Part shown: positions 1 to 205 of the stretch, in pieces | Position numbering within the stretch: the first letter of the stretch is position 1 | How the letters are laid out: every line of letters starts with the position of its first letter | Source of the DNA: Escherichia coli | GTDB lineage: Bacteria; Pseudomonadota; Gammaproteobacteria; Enterobacterales; Enterobacteriaceae | Length of the DNA stretch: 205 bases | NCBI RefSeq assembly: GCF_003334385.1 | Contig: NZ_QOWN01000229.1 | Reading direction: 5' to 3' (one strand) | The notes under the pieces: model-generated | What the model was told of the DNA's origin: nothing | Databases searched by the model: none | Seen by the model: the letters and a program-made list of their open reading frames with translations, nothing else | Translations under genes and position numbers: made by a program

Positions 1-205
1 CAGGGACATCGCAAACAATATGAAGACGGATTTCTTCTCTGCCGTGACTCTTTTCACTCATTGCGTAACTGTCATGCTCTGGATTATTTAATTCTTTCAG
101 CGGAAATTTTTCCTCAAAGGCTTTATTAAGCCGCCCCTGGTTTCCTTTTACAGCGAATAAATAATCACCTCCCTGTTTTTGTATCTTCTCTGCAATATCT
201 TTCTG
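1..205 (-). CDS. ISAs1-family (H-repeat-associated, YhhI-like) DDE transposase; internal fragment, truncated by the window at both ends
   Basis: Minus-strand frame with first codon at 205..203 (CAG, Gln) and last complete codon at 4..2 (CCT, Pro); base 1 starts the next codon. 68 codons, no stop. Translation: [68 protein letters not shown]. The other two minus-strand frames hit stops within the first ~55 nt, and all three plus-strand frames contain stops (TGA 21-23, TAA 89-91, TAA 127-129). The peptide, including the [13 protein letters not shown] block (bases 134-172), matches my recollection of the E. coli K-12 H-repeat-associated proteins nearly residue for residue. This is recall, not a search result. 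Gene symbol is left blank because several near-identical paralogues exist (yhhI, ydcC, ybfD, plus pseudogene copies) and 205 bp cannot distinguish them. Confidence 0.85.
1..205 (-). mobile_element. Internal portion of an ISAs1-family insertion sequence (H-repeat / H-rpt element); element ends not in window
   Basis: Follows from the transposase call above. No terminal inverted repeats, target-site duplications or insertion junctions are visible, so element boundaries and completeness cannot be assessed. GC is about 40% (82 of 205, counted by hand). Confidence 0.7.

Noticed and set aside
20-91. Small plus-strand ORF, ATG at 20-22 to TAA at 89-91 (23 codons, [23 protein letters not shown]), antisense to the transposase
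   Set aside because: Very short, with no recognisable Shine-Dalgarno sequence in the ~15 nt upstream, and fully embedded antisense within a strongly supported CDS. Most likely a chance ORF.
1-129. Plus-strand frame 1 open from the window start to TAA at 127-129 (42 codons)
   Set aside because: No start codon context visible and it lies opposite a homology-supported minus-strand frame. An open stretch of this length is expected by chance antisense to a real gene.
119-150. Terminator-like look: short inverted repeat GGCTT/AAGCC (119-123 / 128-132) followed by a GC-rich run and a T-rich stretch (131-150)
   Set aside because: The stem is only 5 bp with a 4-nt loop, the T-run is interrupted and not adjacent to the stem, and the region encodes the conserved [10 protein letters not shown] block. 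It is coding sequence, not a rho-independent terminator.
33-193. Exact 10-bp direct repeat TCTTCTCTGC at 33-42 and 184-193 (minus-strand GCAGAGAAGA)
   Set aside because: Both copies sit inside the coding frame in purine-rich, Glu/Lys/Arg-encoding sequence (..AEK.. and ..GREE..). A single 10-mer pair with non-matching flanks is not a CRISPR array, terminal inverted repeat or target-site duplication. Most likely compositional coincidence.
1-205. Possibility that the window holds a novel or undescribed system, as the task suggests
   Set aside because: Every base is accounted for by one recognisable transposase reading frame. There is no intergenic space, no second gene, no repeat array and no anomalous structure to support such a claim.

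Overview
The whole 205-bp window is an internal piece of a single protein-coding gene on the minus strand: a DDE transposase of the ISAs1 family (the 'H-repeat-associated protein' type, YhhI/YdcC/YbfD-like, known from Escherichia coli and relatives). The minus-strand frame starting at base 205 is open for 68 complete codons with no stop, while the other five frames are interrupted by stops, and the translation closely matches what I recall of the E. coli H-repeat proteins (from memory, not a database search). Neither gene end, no inverted repeats or insertion junctions, and no intergenic or regulatory DNA are present. I see no support in this window for a novel or undescribed system; the only points worth a second look are the mobile-element identity, the low GC (about 40%), and what the flanking DNA might contain.
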